DNA of 64,000 bases, taken from NCBI GenBank assembly GCA_030390025.1, contig JASTWF010000070.1:1-64000 (forward strand). The letters are read 5' to 3'. Numbering within the stretch: position 1 is the stretch's first letter; each line of letters starts with the position of its first letter. A program made the translations under genes and the position numbers. The DNA is from Squalus acanthias (Eukaryota). Below the pieces are notes generated by a model. It was given only the letters and a program-made list of their open reading frames with translations. It was not told the origin of the DNA and ran no database searches. Positions 11,100-23,601 of this stretch are shown here, piece by piece.

Positions 11100-11412
11100 T
11101 ACAGCGACTTTAACGTAATTAAGCGACCCAAGGCGCTTTACCCAAATTTGACACCTACCACAGAAGGAGATATTAGGACAGGTGACCAAAAGCTTGGTCA
11201 AAGAGCTAAGTGCTAAAGAGCGTCTTAAAGGAGGGGAGAGAGGCGGAGAGGGTTAAGGAGGGAATTTCAGAGCTGAGGGCCCAGGCAGCTGAAGGCACGG
11301 CCACCATTGATGGAGCGATGGAAATCGGGGAATGCGCAAGAGGGCAGAATTGGAGGAGCGCAGAGATCTCGGAGGGTTGCAGGGCTGGAGGAGGTTACAG
11401 AGATAGGGAGGG
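11100..11412 (-). mobile_element. L2-type LINE 3' fragment
   Basis: PPYLCNLLQPCNPPRSLRSSNSALL region and tail shared with 19150-19450 and 33900-34230. Confidence 0.65.
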
Positions 11413-11532
11413 GGAGAAAATATCAGCCCAAAAGTTGTTAGTTCGGTCACATTTTCAACTTAGTAAACACAGTCCATTGTTTCCAGTTTTTGGCTGATTC
11501 CATTTAGGAGTTTGGAACCGTGTCTCACTCAC

Positions 11533-11587
11533 CGTAAGGCCAGAACACGTGGACAATGAGGATCAGGGAAAAAGTTGCCTTGAACAT
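11533..11587 (-). CDS. Gene A leader exon MFKATFSLILIVHVFWPY(V)
   Basis: ATG, 18 mostly hydrophobic codons plus 1 nt, G|GTGAGT donor, phase 1 matching the V exon. Confidence 0.82.
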
Positions 11588-11808
11588 CTTGAGGCCGGAG
11601 CCGCGCTCAGTTATTCCCGTGCTCGCTCTCAACATTCTGCATTCGGAGTGGGCGCCGAGTGACCCGAGCGCACACACAGTTGATTACACCCCCTTCAGAT
11701 ACGGTGGAAACTATTCCGCGCTAAGCCTTTGCGTGTGTATCTTGTTGGATGCCACGCCTCATGCATTTTACATGTGGGCAGTGCCTGAACGTCACAGCGG
11801 TCAGTCTA

Positions 11809-11816
11809 ATGCAAAT
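11809..11816 (-). promoter_or_regulatory. Octamer ATTTGCAT about 220 nt upstream of the gene A ATG
   Basis: Perfect ATGCAAAT on plus, i.e. ATTTGCAT in gene A sense; TGACG half-site about 15 nt closer to the gene. Confidence 0.4.
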
Positions 11817-11939
11817 TGCAGGATGGCCATAAAGAGCTTTCGATTATATTTCGGAGAGGGTGCCAGAAAGGTTATGGTTTGGATGCGTGCACTTGTCATT
11901 GTTCTGAATTTTAATTTTGGCAGTTAAAGTTGAGAATTG

Positions 11940-12345
11940 TATTTAATTCATTCACGGGATGTGGGCGTCGCTGGCAAGGCCAGCATTTATTGTCCATCCC
12001 TAGTTGCCATTGAGAAGGTGGTGGGGAGCCGCCTTGTTGAACCGCTGCAGTCCCGTGAGGTGAAAGTGCTCCCACAGTGCTGTTAGGGAGGGAATTCGAG
12101 GATTTTGACCCAGCGACGATGAAGGAACGGCCGGTATTTGTCCAAATCAGGATGGTGTGTGTGACTTGGAGCGGGGAACTTGAAGGTGATGGTGTTACCA
12201 TGCGCCTCCTCTCCTTGTCTTTCTAGGTGTTGGAGGTCGCGGGCTTGGGAGGTGCTGTCGGAGAAGCCTTGCCGAGTTGCTGCAGTGCATCTTGTAGATG
12301 GTACACACTGCAGCCACGGTGCGCCGGTGGTGGAGGGAATGGATA
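11940..12345 (-). mobile_element. Non-LTR retroelement 3' fragment (second family; also at about 14010-14280)
   Basis: Recurrent end gggatgtgggcgtcgctggcaaggccagcatttatt.cccatccc; degenerate NTGRSFIVAGSKSSNSLPNS on minus. Confidence 0.65.
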
Positions 12346-13224
12346 TTTAATGAATGATATTGAGGCTCAGAATAGTATCAATTACTTCTGTGCTAACACT
12401 GGGCAATGCAGATAAACAGGACGCGGTGTCACATGGAAGGGGAGGCTGTAAATGTGGTCAATGTACTCGAGTCGGCTCTCTGTTAAGTTGAATCTACCCT
12501 GGGTGACAACTGTCTTTTGTGTGCGGTTGAACATGTTGCCTGACTGTTTGAAATTTCTGTGTGTGGGCGGCTAATCTGCAGAAACAGGAAAACCACAGAG
12601 AGCTTCTAGCTCGGACATTATTTTCCAGCTGAAGTCAGATACTCGGCCAGCCGTTTCCGCAACTCACTGCACTTTGCACATCTCCTCGCAAGCGGCCCGA
12701 GCAGCGTGATCTGTGGTATTCAGAGCAACAGGCGCGGTCACAGTCAAAGCGCCTCTTCGCTGCCAACGAGCTGGCCCCTCTCTGCTTCAAGCTCAGACTC
12801 GCTTCTTTGTCAGTTGAGGTCAGGCATTTCCGCATCACTGTTCAGAAATTCAGTAAGATACTAAGTGGTCTGCTCAACTCAAAACCAATTCTACCAGAAA
12901 TTAATTCTAAAATTAAAATTGATGTAACTTTCTCTTAGCTCCCAGTTTCCATACCGCTTCATTCTTCTGAAGATGGCCACCCTTGACATAGGTTCCATAG
13001 GCGCCTTCCATAGAATTACACAGAATGTGCAGCACAGACACAGGCCATTCGGCCCACCTGGTCTGTGCCGGTGTTCAACCTCCACAGGAGCCTCCTCCAT
13101 CCCCTCTTCATCTCACCCCATCAGCATATCCTTCTATTTCTTTCTCCCTCATGTGTTTATCTAGCTTCCCCTTAATTGCATTTATGCTATTCGTCTCAAC
13201 CACTCACTGAGGTAGCTTTCAAGC

Positions 13225-15050
13225 ATTGTGTCGAAACTAGTCAACCCCAACTCCGATTTCAGTGGTATATTATTTATATTTTCTACGTTCTTTTAAGATT
13301 GATTCAAAGACCAACCCACAATTCTATTCTCAATATTTATGGCACGTGACCAAGGATTTACCATAATTAATGCTTGTTTCATATTTTGTTCGCGTACAGT
13401 TTTAGCTTCAAAGGAATGTTTCGCCCCGTGAACAGAGAGCAGGCCGCGGTCTACGTCATCTTAATTTCCATCCAATCCCCATTATCGCTCCGAATGGAAA
13501 CAGAGCGAATCCATCAACCCCACTGGTATCTACTGATAGAAATGATCAGTTAATGTCTTTGGCTTAATGCCTTCGACAGACACTCATCCGCAGTGTCATT
13601 CCAGCAGTTTTTGTTTGTATTTCATATACCCAGATTTTACAGCGTTTTTATTATTTCTACAGGGAGTCGAGGCCCCCCAGCCCACCCCGCTGTGGTGATT
13701 GTTTTTAATACTTTAGCCACAGGAATTATTATATAGATGCAGAAATGCGACGACATTCCTGGATAATTGTGAAGATAACTCAAACTATGTTGCTAAATGG
13801 CTTCCATGCTAAGTCGATATACAAGACTTAAGATTGCGTTTCTGTGCATGTGTATGTCTGTGTTTATACGTGGGTGAGTCTGTATTTTTATTTGTGCGTG
13901 TGTGTGTGCGTCTGTGTGCGTGTATATGTGTCGAGGTGTATATGTGTGTGTGCATGTGTGAGTATGTCTGTGTGTATATGTGTGTATCTGTGTGTGTGTA
14001 TATATTTCTCTTTATTCATGGGATGTGGGCGTCGCTGGCAAGGCCGGCATTTATTGCCCATCCCCAGTTGCCCTTGAGAAGGTGGTGGTGAGCTGCCTTC
14101 TTGAACCGCTGCAGTCCCGTGTGGCGAAGGTGCTCCCAAAGTGCTGTTAGGGAGGGAGTTCCAGGATTTTGACCCAGCGACGATGAAGGAACGGCCGATA
14201 AATTTCCAAGTCAGAATGGTGTGTAACTTGGAGGGGAACTTGGAGGTTTTTCCATGCGCCTGCTGCCCTTGTCCTTCTAGGCGTACGTTTATGTGCGTAT
14301 GTGTTTGTGTAAGTGTGTGTATGTAAGTGTTTGTATGTGTTTTTGTATCTGTATGTTTCTGTATAACGAGAAACTGTTGCTATCTGTCTACGCCACTAAG
14401 CAGCGAGCTTGGCCCTCCTAACTGGCAAACAGCGTTTTCATTGAGCTCCCAGGCACACGCAGACTCTTCGCTTGCGTGCAGGGGCGCCATAGCAGCGGTT
14501 TACATTCTCTTAAACTAATGACCAGGGGCCATTGTTCGGAACTATGCCCCTTGACCCTGGAAATAATTTTTCTGGCAGATGGCGTATGACGAAACGGCTG
14601 ATTGGATTGGTTTGACGTGTCAACCAATCAAACAGTGCAGCTGTCTGAATGGACACTTTCATTTAAAAAATTATCTTTTTGTTTTCTAACTTGTGATTAT
14701 TTATGATTAATGTCCGTCTACTGTTGCCTATAAACAGTAAGCCAGATCCGTGTCTTATGGAGAACGAGTAAGCTCATGTAAACGCGATTCAAATATTTAT
14801 ATATTTCCCTGTTTTAATATGTTTTCCAGGCTCGGGGCGGCCCGCGTGACCAGACTCGACATATCGGCGGATTTTGCTGCATTGAAAATGTCATGAAAAA
14901 AGAAGGCGGGAAAGAGGCGAGAACACGAATGGGTTCTATCAGATTTACGAAAGAATCCACAGCAGGCGGAAACAGTAATTAAACTTGCAATGTAAAGCCA
15001 CAGAGACTCTCAACAAACACCTAAACTATCTCAAACTAAGGAGCTTAAGA
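13225..15050 (+). pseudogene. Inverted, decayed relic of the 3' half of an A-type receptor gene
   Basis: Reverse-complement similarity to about 8200-8030, 7250-6870, 5820-5750 and 4500-4270, including the acceptor at 13399 and a degenerate terminal exon at about 14830-14925 (GGPRDQ... with the tyrosine motif lost). Confidence 0.7.
13835..14360. repeat. TG-rich microsatellite interrupted by a retroelement fragment
   Basis: Interrupted (TG)n tracts at 13835-14005 and 14285-14360. Confidence 0.8.
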
Positions 15051-15069
15051 TGATTAAAGTTGATAGAAA

Positions 15070-16085
15070 ATAGAAAGACTTGCATTTCTATAGCGCCTTT
15101 CACCACCACCGGACGTGTCAAAGCGCTTTACAGCCAATGAAGTACTTTTTGAGGTATAGTCCCTGTTGTAGTGTAGGAAACGCAGCATCCAAATTGCACA
15201 CAGCAAGCTCCCACAAAGACCAATGTGATAATGACCAGTTCATCTGTTTTTTAGTGATGTTGGTTGAGGGATACATATTGGACAGGACTCCAGGGTAAAC
15301 TCCCCTGGGTTTCCTTGATATATTTCCATTGCATCATTTACGTCAACCTGAGAGGGCAGACAGGGCCTCATAAGAACATAAGAAATAAGAAATAAGAGCA
15401 GCAGTAGGCCATACGGCCCCTCGAGCCTGGTCCACCATTCAATAAGATCATGTCTGATCATCGACATCAACTCCACTTTCCCGCCCTCCTCCATATCCCG
15501 TGATTCCCCTAGAGTCCAAAAATCTATCGATCTCAGCCTTGAATATACTCAAAGACTGAGCCTCCACAGCCCTCTGGGGCAGAGAATTCCAAAGATTCAC
15601 AACCCTCTGAGTGAAGAAATTCCTCCTCATCTCAGGCTTAAATGGCCTACCCCTTATCCTAAGTCTATGCCCCCTCGGTCTAGACACCCCAGCCAGGGGA
15701 GACAACCTCTTAGCATGTACCCTGTCAATCTCCTTCAGAATCTTATATGTTTCAATGAGATCACCTCTCATTCTTCTAAACTCCAGCGAGTATAGGCTCA
15801 TTCTATACAATCTCTCATCATAGGACAGCCCACTCATCCCAGGAATCAATCTAGGGAACCTTCGTTGCACCGCCTCCAAGGTAAGTATATCCTTCCTTAG
15901 ATAACAGACCAAAACTGTTCACAGTTTAGTGCTTCATCTGAAAGACGGCAGCTCTGACAGTGCAGCGCTCCCTCAATACTGCACTGGGAGTGTCAGCCTA
16001 GATTTTTGTGCTCAAGTCTCTGGAGCGAAACTTTAACCCACCACTTCCTGACTCAGAGGCGAGGATGCTACCAACTCGGCCACAG
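15070..16085 (-). mobile_element. Deu-domain SINE split by a CR1 LINE 3' fragment (about 15370-15925)
   Basis: SINE core at 15070-15368 resumes at about 15930; ORF 15448-15912 encodes the CR1 RT C-terminus. Confidence 0.8.
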
Positions 16086-16099
16086 ATGTCTCTCCTTTA

Positions 16100-17160
16100 G
16101 ATAAAGGGAAAATATTTCCTCTGGCGGGGGGAGACCAGAACAAGGGGGCATAACATTACAATTAGAGACAGGCCGTTCAGGGATGATGGCAGGAGGCACT
16201 TCTTCACACAAAGTGCAGTGGAAATCTTGAACTCTCTCCCCGCAAAAGCCTTGAGGTTGGGGGTCAATTGAAAATTTGAAAACTGAGATTGATAGATTTT
16301 TCTTGGGTAAGGGTATTAAGGGTTACGGAACCAGGGCGGTTAGATGGAGTTAAGATAAAGATCAGCGTGATCTCATTGAATGGCGGAACAGGCTCGAGGC
16401 GCTGAATGGCCTCCTCCTGTTCCTATGTTCCTATCTCTGTGCACTCGCCAGGATTTACGTAGAATGTATTGCTTTTTCAAACACCGCTTAGTGTATTCTA
16501 AAGATAATCCTGTGTATCAGTAGGATGGCGGTATGCAACTAACTTAAAACAACGAGGACTTTCTGGTGTTTCATTTTTCTGCACTTTTTGCCTTGACTGG
16601 TGCCACTGTAGCAAGTTAGTGACCAGTTTGTTGGAAATTTCCCGCAAGCAAATTAAAAAAAGTTTTTCTAAAATAGTACAATGCACTAGAAGTTTAAAAT
16701 CATAGACTCATAGAATGATTACAGCACAGAAGTTGCCATTCGGCCGGTCGAGCCCGTGTCGGCTACCCTCAAGAGCACTTCTGCTAGTCCCACTCCATGC
16801 GCCCTTTCCCAATAGCCCTGCAAATTTCTTTCCTTCAGATATTTTCCAATTCCCCTTTGAAAGCCACGATTGGGTCTGCCTCCACCACCCTTTCAGGCAG
16901 TGCATTCCAGATCCTAACCACTCGCTGCGTAAAAAGGTTTTTCCTCATGTCGCCTCGGTTTTTTGTCAATCACCTTAAATCCGTGTCCTCTGGTTCTCGG
17001 CCCTTCTGCCAATGGGAACAGTTTCTCTCTATCTACTCTGCCTAGACCCCTCACGATTTTGAACACCTCTATCAAATCTCCTCTCAACCTTCTCTGCTCT
17101 AAGGAGAACAACCCCAGCTTCTCCAGTCTATCCACGTAACTGAAGTCCCTCATCCCTGGA
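16100..17160. mobile_element. Two CR1-type 3' fragments (about 16100-16435 plus; about 16700-17160 minus)
   Basis: ORF 16914-17153 LFSLEQRRLRGDLIEVFKI; typical tails. Confidence 0.8.
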
Positions 17161-17669
17161 ATTGATGAATTGTTATTTTGTAATTAGAATCCGTCATGAT
17201 TTCTTGAATGAGAAGAGGATTGCTGATGCTGGATATGATAAATATGTGTCCAAACATCCTACCTCCAAATTGGCCAGCAGGTCTCTCAAAGAAGTTCTTG
17301 ATTTTAGTGTATATTTATGTTGGCCGCTAGGGGCGCTGTGTCGCGAGTTTCCATTCAGTGCATATTGAAACCAGGCCTCATCATTCGGAGTACTGTGCAT
17401 TCTGACCAATTTACCTTAGGCTAATTAAGTAAACGGGACTGATTGATTAACTGTTTATTAATGTTGCTTATTGCTTGAGAGGTTTGTTCACGCCCGTTAT
17501 ATTTCTGAAATAAAAGATTGAGAAACCGTGTTCTTCCCCAGAGTACAGTAGTGATTCACACTGAACTAGGATAAGTAAACCATTGCTTGTTCAGGTGTTA
17601 GCAATGGTGCAGTTGCTACCACTCTCGCCTCTTGACTCGGAAGTTTGTGGGTCCAACTCCCATTCCAGA

Positions 17670-18060
17670 TTTCAGGATGTCCCAAAACGCTTAGAGACAA
17701 GGCTGTACTTTTAAAGTGTAGTCACTGTTGTAATATAGGAAACGCTGCAGCCATATTGCGCACAGCAAGCTCCCACAAACAGCAACGTTATGGTTTCCAG
17801 ATAATCTGTTTTAGTGATGTTGGTTGAGGGATAAATTTTAACCAGGTGAACCCCAGCTCTTCTGCGAAATAGTGGCCGTGGGATCTTTTACGTCCAACTG
17901 AGAGGGCAGATCGGGCCTCGGTTTAGCATCTCATCCGAAAGGCAGCACATCCGACAGTGCGGCGCTCCCTCACTACTGGCACTGGGTTATCAGCCTGGAT
18001 TATGTGCTCAAGCCTCTGGAGTGGGACTTGAACCCACTACCTTTTGACTCAGAGGCGAGC
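17670..18060 (-). mobile_element. Deu-domain SINE copy
   Basis: Same core and tRNA-like head as 5905-6718. Confidence 0.7.
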
Positions 18061-18801
18061 AGGAGAGGATGTTATATTCTGCAAATGCTGAAATGAACGC
18101 TCTCCGAACAGAGATATCAACCACAAGGCTATTTGAGGACAGAAGATCCACTACTTAACCGACCAACACCAGACCATACTTGGGAAGGCCTGAACCCCTC
18201 CGATGATACCTGGGAGAAGTTTTCTAAAAATTGTTCTTGTGAATAAAATGCAATCCACAATAAATGAATACCTACCGGTATCTGCACACGTGTGTTTAAA
18301 GACCACCTGCACCTTGTGCAATAGAAAGTGTTGCAGAAATCTATTCTATTCCACAATTTGAGAAATATCCAGCAATGACACATTGCAGTAAGTCGAAGAT
18401 ATATTAAGTGTAACTGGAATTGTTGGTAACCATGTTCTGCTGGAGCTTGCTTGATGTTGTAAGGGAGTTAAGGAGAAATTTCCAGAGATCTTTTCTTCTG
18501 AAATTTAGCATCACTGGCGTTTGTAGAGGAAGGTTTACATCCAATGGATATGGTTAGCATTCATTACCTGATGGCAGAAACACATCTTTCTATTTATTCA
18601 TGATGGTTTTGTGTGTAACCATTGCTTGCATTTAATTGAAAAATTTGTTGTCGCGAACATTCTTGATTGAATGATGCTTATTCCCCAATGTTTGTTTCTA
18701 GAATCATGATTAAGTTGTTAGATATGTGTGTGAATCACAATATCAAAGCAAAATTGTAAACTATATCTCATTGTACTTCCTGCGCATGTTCGCTGAGCTA
18801 T

Positions 18802-18892
18802 CAGAGAGAGAGAGAGAATGAGAGAGAGACAGAGAGAGAGAGAAAGAGAGAGACAGAGAGAGAGAGTCAGAGAGACACAGTGAGAGAGGGAG
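18802..18892. repeat. (GA)n microsatellite
   Basis: Interrupted GA tract. Confidence 0.9.
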
Positions 18893-19149
18893 AGTTGCTG
18901 TAGTTTGCGTCAGGAATTCTATTTGCTGTAGTTCGTACAGACTCTTTTTAAATAGACTCTGTAGACTGTTTGCTGTACTGCGCTGCTTAAATAAACTCTG
19001 TTTGCTGAGCAAATAAGGTTTGTTTGCTGTAAAATAGGCTGTTTGCTGTGAGTCCTGTCTTAAGTCCCGATCCAACTCCAACAACAACAGCCACTGCTAG
19101 TTATACAGCGCTTTTAGCGTCGTAAATGTCGCAAGGTGCTTCACAAGAG

Positions 19150-20020
19150 CGTTTTCAGAAAAAAATTACTCCAAGCCACTTAATAACTATCGATATATTA
19201 GGGCAGATAACCAAAAGCTTGGTCAAACAGGTAGGTTCTAAGTAGCGTGTTAGAGGAGGAGCGAGAGATAGGGAGTTGGAGAGGTTCAGGGAGGGAATTC
19301 TAGAGCTTAGGGCACAGGCAGCTGAAAGCACAGCCGGCAATGGTTGAGAGATTATAATTGGGGATGTTCAATAGGTCAGAATTAGAGGAGCACAGATATC
19401 TCGGAGGATTGTGGGACTGGAGGAAATTACAGAGATGGGATAGTGAGGCCGTGGAGGAATTTGAAAACAAGGATGAGACATTTAAAATCCAGGTATTGCC
19501 TAAACGGGAGCCAATGTAGTTCAGCGAGCACAGGGGTGATCATTGAACAGGTATTGGTTAGAATTAAGACACGGTCAGACGAGTTTTGGATGACCTCAAG
19601 TTTAAGTAGGCTGGAATGTGGGAGGCCGGCCAGAAGTGCTTTGGAATATTCAAGTCTAGAGGTCACAAAGGTACGGATGAGGGTTTCAGCCGCAGATGAG
19701 CTGAGGCAAGGCCGGTGTTGGGCGATGTCACAGAGGTGGAAATAGGCAGTCTTAGTTATGGTGCAGATATGTGGTCGGAAGATCATCTCAGGGTCGGATA
19801 TGACAACAAGGTTGTGAACAGTCTGGTTCTGCCAGGGAGAGTGATGGAGTCCATGGCGAGGGAGTGGAATTTGTGCCGGGGACCAAAGACAGTGGCTTCG
19901 GTCTTCCCAATATTTAGTTGATGTAAATTTCTGCTCATCCAGTGCTGGATGTTGGACAAGCAGTGTGACAATTTAGAGAGAATGACTGGGTCGAGAGAGG
20001 TGGTGGTGAGGTAGATCTGA
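19150..20020 (-). mobile_element. L2-type LINE 3' fragment
   Basis: ORF 19427-19786 TKTAYFHLCDIA..RPCLSSSAAETLIRTFVTSRLEYSKALLAGLP and NIQHWMSRNLHQLNIGKTE are L2 RT C-terminal motifs. Confidence 0.85.
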
Positions 20021-20059
20021 CACAGTGGTGTCAATAGACGCGCTGACTTGGCTATTGGC

Positions 20060-22143
20060 CATAGAAACATAGGAACATAGAAACATAGGAGCAGGAGTAG
20101 GCCATTCAGCCTCTCGAGCCTGCTCTGCCATTCAATATGATCATGGCTGATCCTCCATCTCAATACCATATTTCCGCTCTCACCCCATACCCCTTGATGC
20201 CTTTTGTGTCTAGAAATCTATCTATGTCCTTCTTAAGTATATTCAGTGACTTGGCCTCCACAGCTGTCTGCGGTAGAGAATCCAACAGGTTCATCACTCT
20301 CGGAGTGAAGAAATTTCTCCTTATCTCAGTCCTAAATGTCCTACCACGTATACTGAGACTGTGACCCCTCGTTCTAGACCTCCCAGCCAGGGGAATCATC
20401 CTCTCTGCATCCAGTCTGTCTAGCCCTGTCAGAATTTTATACATTTCAATGAGATCCCCTCTCATTCTTCTAAACTCTAGTGAATACAGGCCTAGTCGAC
20501 CCAATCTCTTCTCATACGACAGTCCTGCCATCGCAGGAATCAGCCCGGTGAACCTTCGCTGCACTCCCTCTATGGCAAGTATATCCTTTCTTAGATAAGG
20601 AGTCCAAAACTGCACACAGTACTCCAGGTGTGGTCTCACCAAGACCCTGTATAACTGTAGTAAGACATCCTTGTTCCTTTACTCAAATCCTCTTGCAATG
20701 AAGGCCAACATACCATTTTCCTTTCTAACTGCTTGCTGCACCTGCATGATTGCTTTCAGTGACTGGTGTACAAGGACATCCAGGTCCCTTTGTACATCAA
20801 CATTTCCCAATCTATCACCATTTAAATATTACTCTGCCTTTCTGTTTTTCCTACAGAAGTGGATAACTTCACATTTATCCACCTGCATCTGCCATGTATT
20901 TGCTAACTCACTCAACTTGTCTAACTCGCCTTGAAGCCTCTTTGCATCCTCCTCACAACTCACAATCCCACCAAGTTTCGTGTCGTCAGCATACTTGGAA
21001 ATATTACATCCAAATCATTGATATATATTGTGAATAGCTGGGGCCCAAGCACTGATTCCTGCGGTACCCCACTAGTCACTGCCTGCCACCCGAAAAAGGT
21101 CCATTTATTCCTACTCTCTGATTCCTCTCTTTTAACCAATTTTCTGTCCATGCCAGTATATTACCCCTAATCCCACGAGCTTTAATTCTGCACACATTAG
21201 CTCTTATGTGAGACTTTATCAAAGGCCTTCTGAAAATCCAAATACACCACATCCACTGGTTTTCCCTAATCTATTCTACCAGTTACATCCTCAAAAAACT
21301 CCAGTAGGTTTGTCAAACACGATTTCCCTTTCATAAATCCATGTTGACTTTGTTTAATCCCGTTGATATTTTCTAAGTGCCCTGTTATCACATCCTTTAT
21401 AATAGACTCTCGCATTTTCCCTACTACTGATGTTAGGCTGACCGGTCTGTTGTTCCCTGTTTTCTCTCTCCCTCCTTTTTTAAATAGTGGAGTTACATTT
21501 GCCACCCTCCAATCTGCAGGAACTGTTCCATAATCTATAGAATTTTGGAAGATGATAAACAATGCATCCACTATTTCCATGGCTACCTCTTTTAGTACTC
21601 TGGGATGCAAATTATCAGGCCCTGGGGATTTATCAGCTTTCAGTCCCATTAATTTCCCCAGCGCTATTATTTTACGAATACTAACTTCCTTTAATTCCCC
21701 CTTCTCACGAGACCCTTCGTTGCCGAGCATTTCTGGGAAGTTATTTGTGTCCTCTTCCGTGAAGACAGAACAAAAGTATTTGTTTAATTGCTTTCCATTT
21801 CCTTGTTACTCGTTATAAATTATCCCGTTTCTGACTGTAAGGGACCTAAATTTGTCTTCACAAATCTTTTTCATTTTTACTTAATTGTAGAAGTTTTACA
21901 GTCCGCTTTTATGTTCCTTGCAATTTTACTCTCATACTCTATTTTTCCCCTCTTAATCAATCTCTTGGTCCTTTTTTGCTGAATTCGAAAATGTTCCCAA
22001 ACCTCAGCCTTGCTACTTTTTCTGGCAACTTTATATGAGCCTCTTTAGATCTAATACTGTCCTTAATTTCTTTAGTTAGCCATTGTTGGGCCGCTTTTCC
22101 TTTTGTGTATTTGCGCCTGAAAGGAATGTATAACTGTTGCATT
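20060..22143 (-). mobile_element. 5'-truncated CR1 LINE (about 2.1 kb), present only in duplication unit 1
   Basis: ORFs 20160-20642, 20960-21151, 21266-21730 (KSPGPDNLHPRVLKE, QHGFMKGKSCLTNL, SGVPQESVLGP); empty site at about 34765-34785. Confidence 0.92.
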
Positions 22144-23462
22144 GTATGTGGAACTACAGTTTCCAAAGTGCAGTGCGCTGTGTGGCCCGCGCTCTGCAAT
22201 GATTGGTTCTCCAGTCAGCCGTGTCATTGTCAGCAGTGACAAAGCTCTTGTTTCCTGTGCAATGTTGAGAGAGCAGCTCCAGTCACAGCACCAAAGCCCC
22301 TTTAATAATTCTAACAGACCAGAGGAATCAATGATCAGTTCAAGCGCAGAAACAGAACCAAGCACCTGGGCTTCACCGAAAAGACCCTTGTACAGGTGAG
22401 AACCAATCCCTGCGCGAATTCAGTGCCGGCTGCTTCAGGAGGCGAGAATCCTGCGGCCGCTCTGTGTGTTTTACAAAGGAACAGGGGAATACCTAACTTC
22501 ACAGATGCACAATTCAGATATTTATTTATGAAACAAAAAATATTATTCCTTTGACGCGAATGTCTCGAGCAAACCCAATTATTAACAATTTAATGCATTT
22601 TCTTTCGCGCTCAAGTAACTGACACCAATCAGTTTCAATCTGACTTTTAAAAACATGAACCAAGACTCAGTACGGGGAGTTAGGGATTGACTCCAAACAG
22701 GGGAAGATTTCAACATCACAGAGCCCCAGAAACAACTGAACCTGCCGCTTAATTATTCAGCTGCAACAGGGTTTAAAACGGGAGCTGCGCGCATTAATCG
22801 GACTCGCAGTAAATTAAAGGCAAGGTGTAATTTTATTAATATTGTGCCGAGTTTTATTTGCCCTCCTGAGTTTTAAAGGGGATGACTCAGAATATAATAG
22901 AACAACTTCTCTTTAATCCTAGGCAGGGTGTAAAATGCCGCTTTCTTCCCCTATTTCTCATTCATCTAATTCGCTCTTTACTCCACCTCATGAATATTCT
23001 CATCAGAAATGTATTTTCAGACTGAAGCCCAAATCATATTTATCAATTGAGACACCAATTTTAAAGGGATTGAAAAATCCAGGGTTGTCTTGCTGCTGAT
23101 TTAGAGAAAGGGAAGTCAGTGTATTATGAAATATGTATTTTAGGGGGAAAAGATTATTTTAAAATCTGATGCAGTATATCAGAGAGCAACAGCGCTTTAT
23201 CAGAAGGATTCCGGCCGAAGTGCATCAGCTGATCCGTATCTCTACAAACCGCCCCTCGTTGTAGAACACAGACTAAATATTCATTAAATGCCAAAATCTT
23301 CGAAATCTTGGAACTTTCACTTAGCAGATACTCCAATTGGATTTTAAACATTTTCAAATGAAAGGTTTAAGATTCTAATAATTTAATCAGGCACAAATTG
23401 ATTTAAATAAAAATACCCGAATTAAAAATCTGCCTCCTTCCTTTTCCTGGCCCCTCCCAGCC

Positions 23463-23470
23463 ATTTGCAT
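23463..23470 (+). promoter_or_regulatory. Ig light-chain promoter octamer ATTTGCAT with adjacent TATA-like TAATAAAT
   Basis: Perfect octamer about 130 nt upstream of the ATG, conserved at 36098. Confidence 0.85.
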
Positions 23471-23601
23471 ACCGGGTAATAAATAGACCCGGAGGCTCGG
23501 GTTTGCAGACACTGTAACTGGACCGGGTCCCGGAGTTTACAGGAACAGCGCATGATTCAGTCGGAATTTGAGCGGTGGCTTTTGGCGCTTCTCCGGAGAA
23601 A

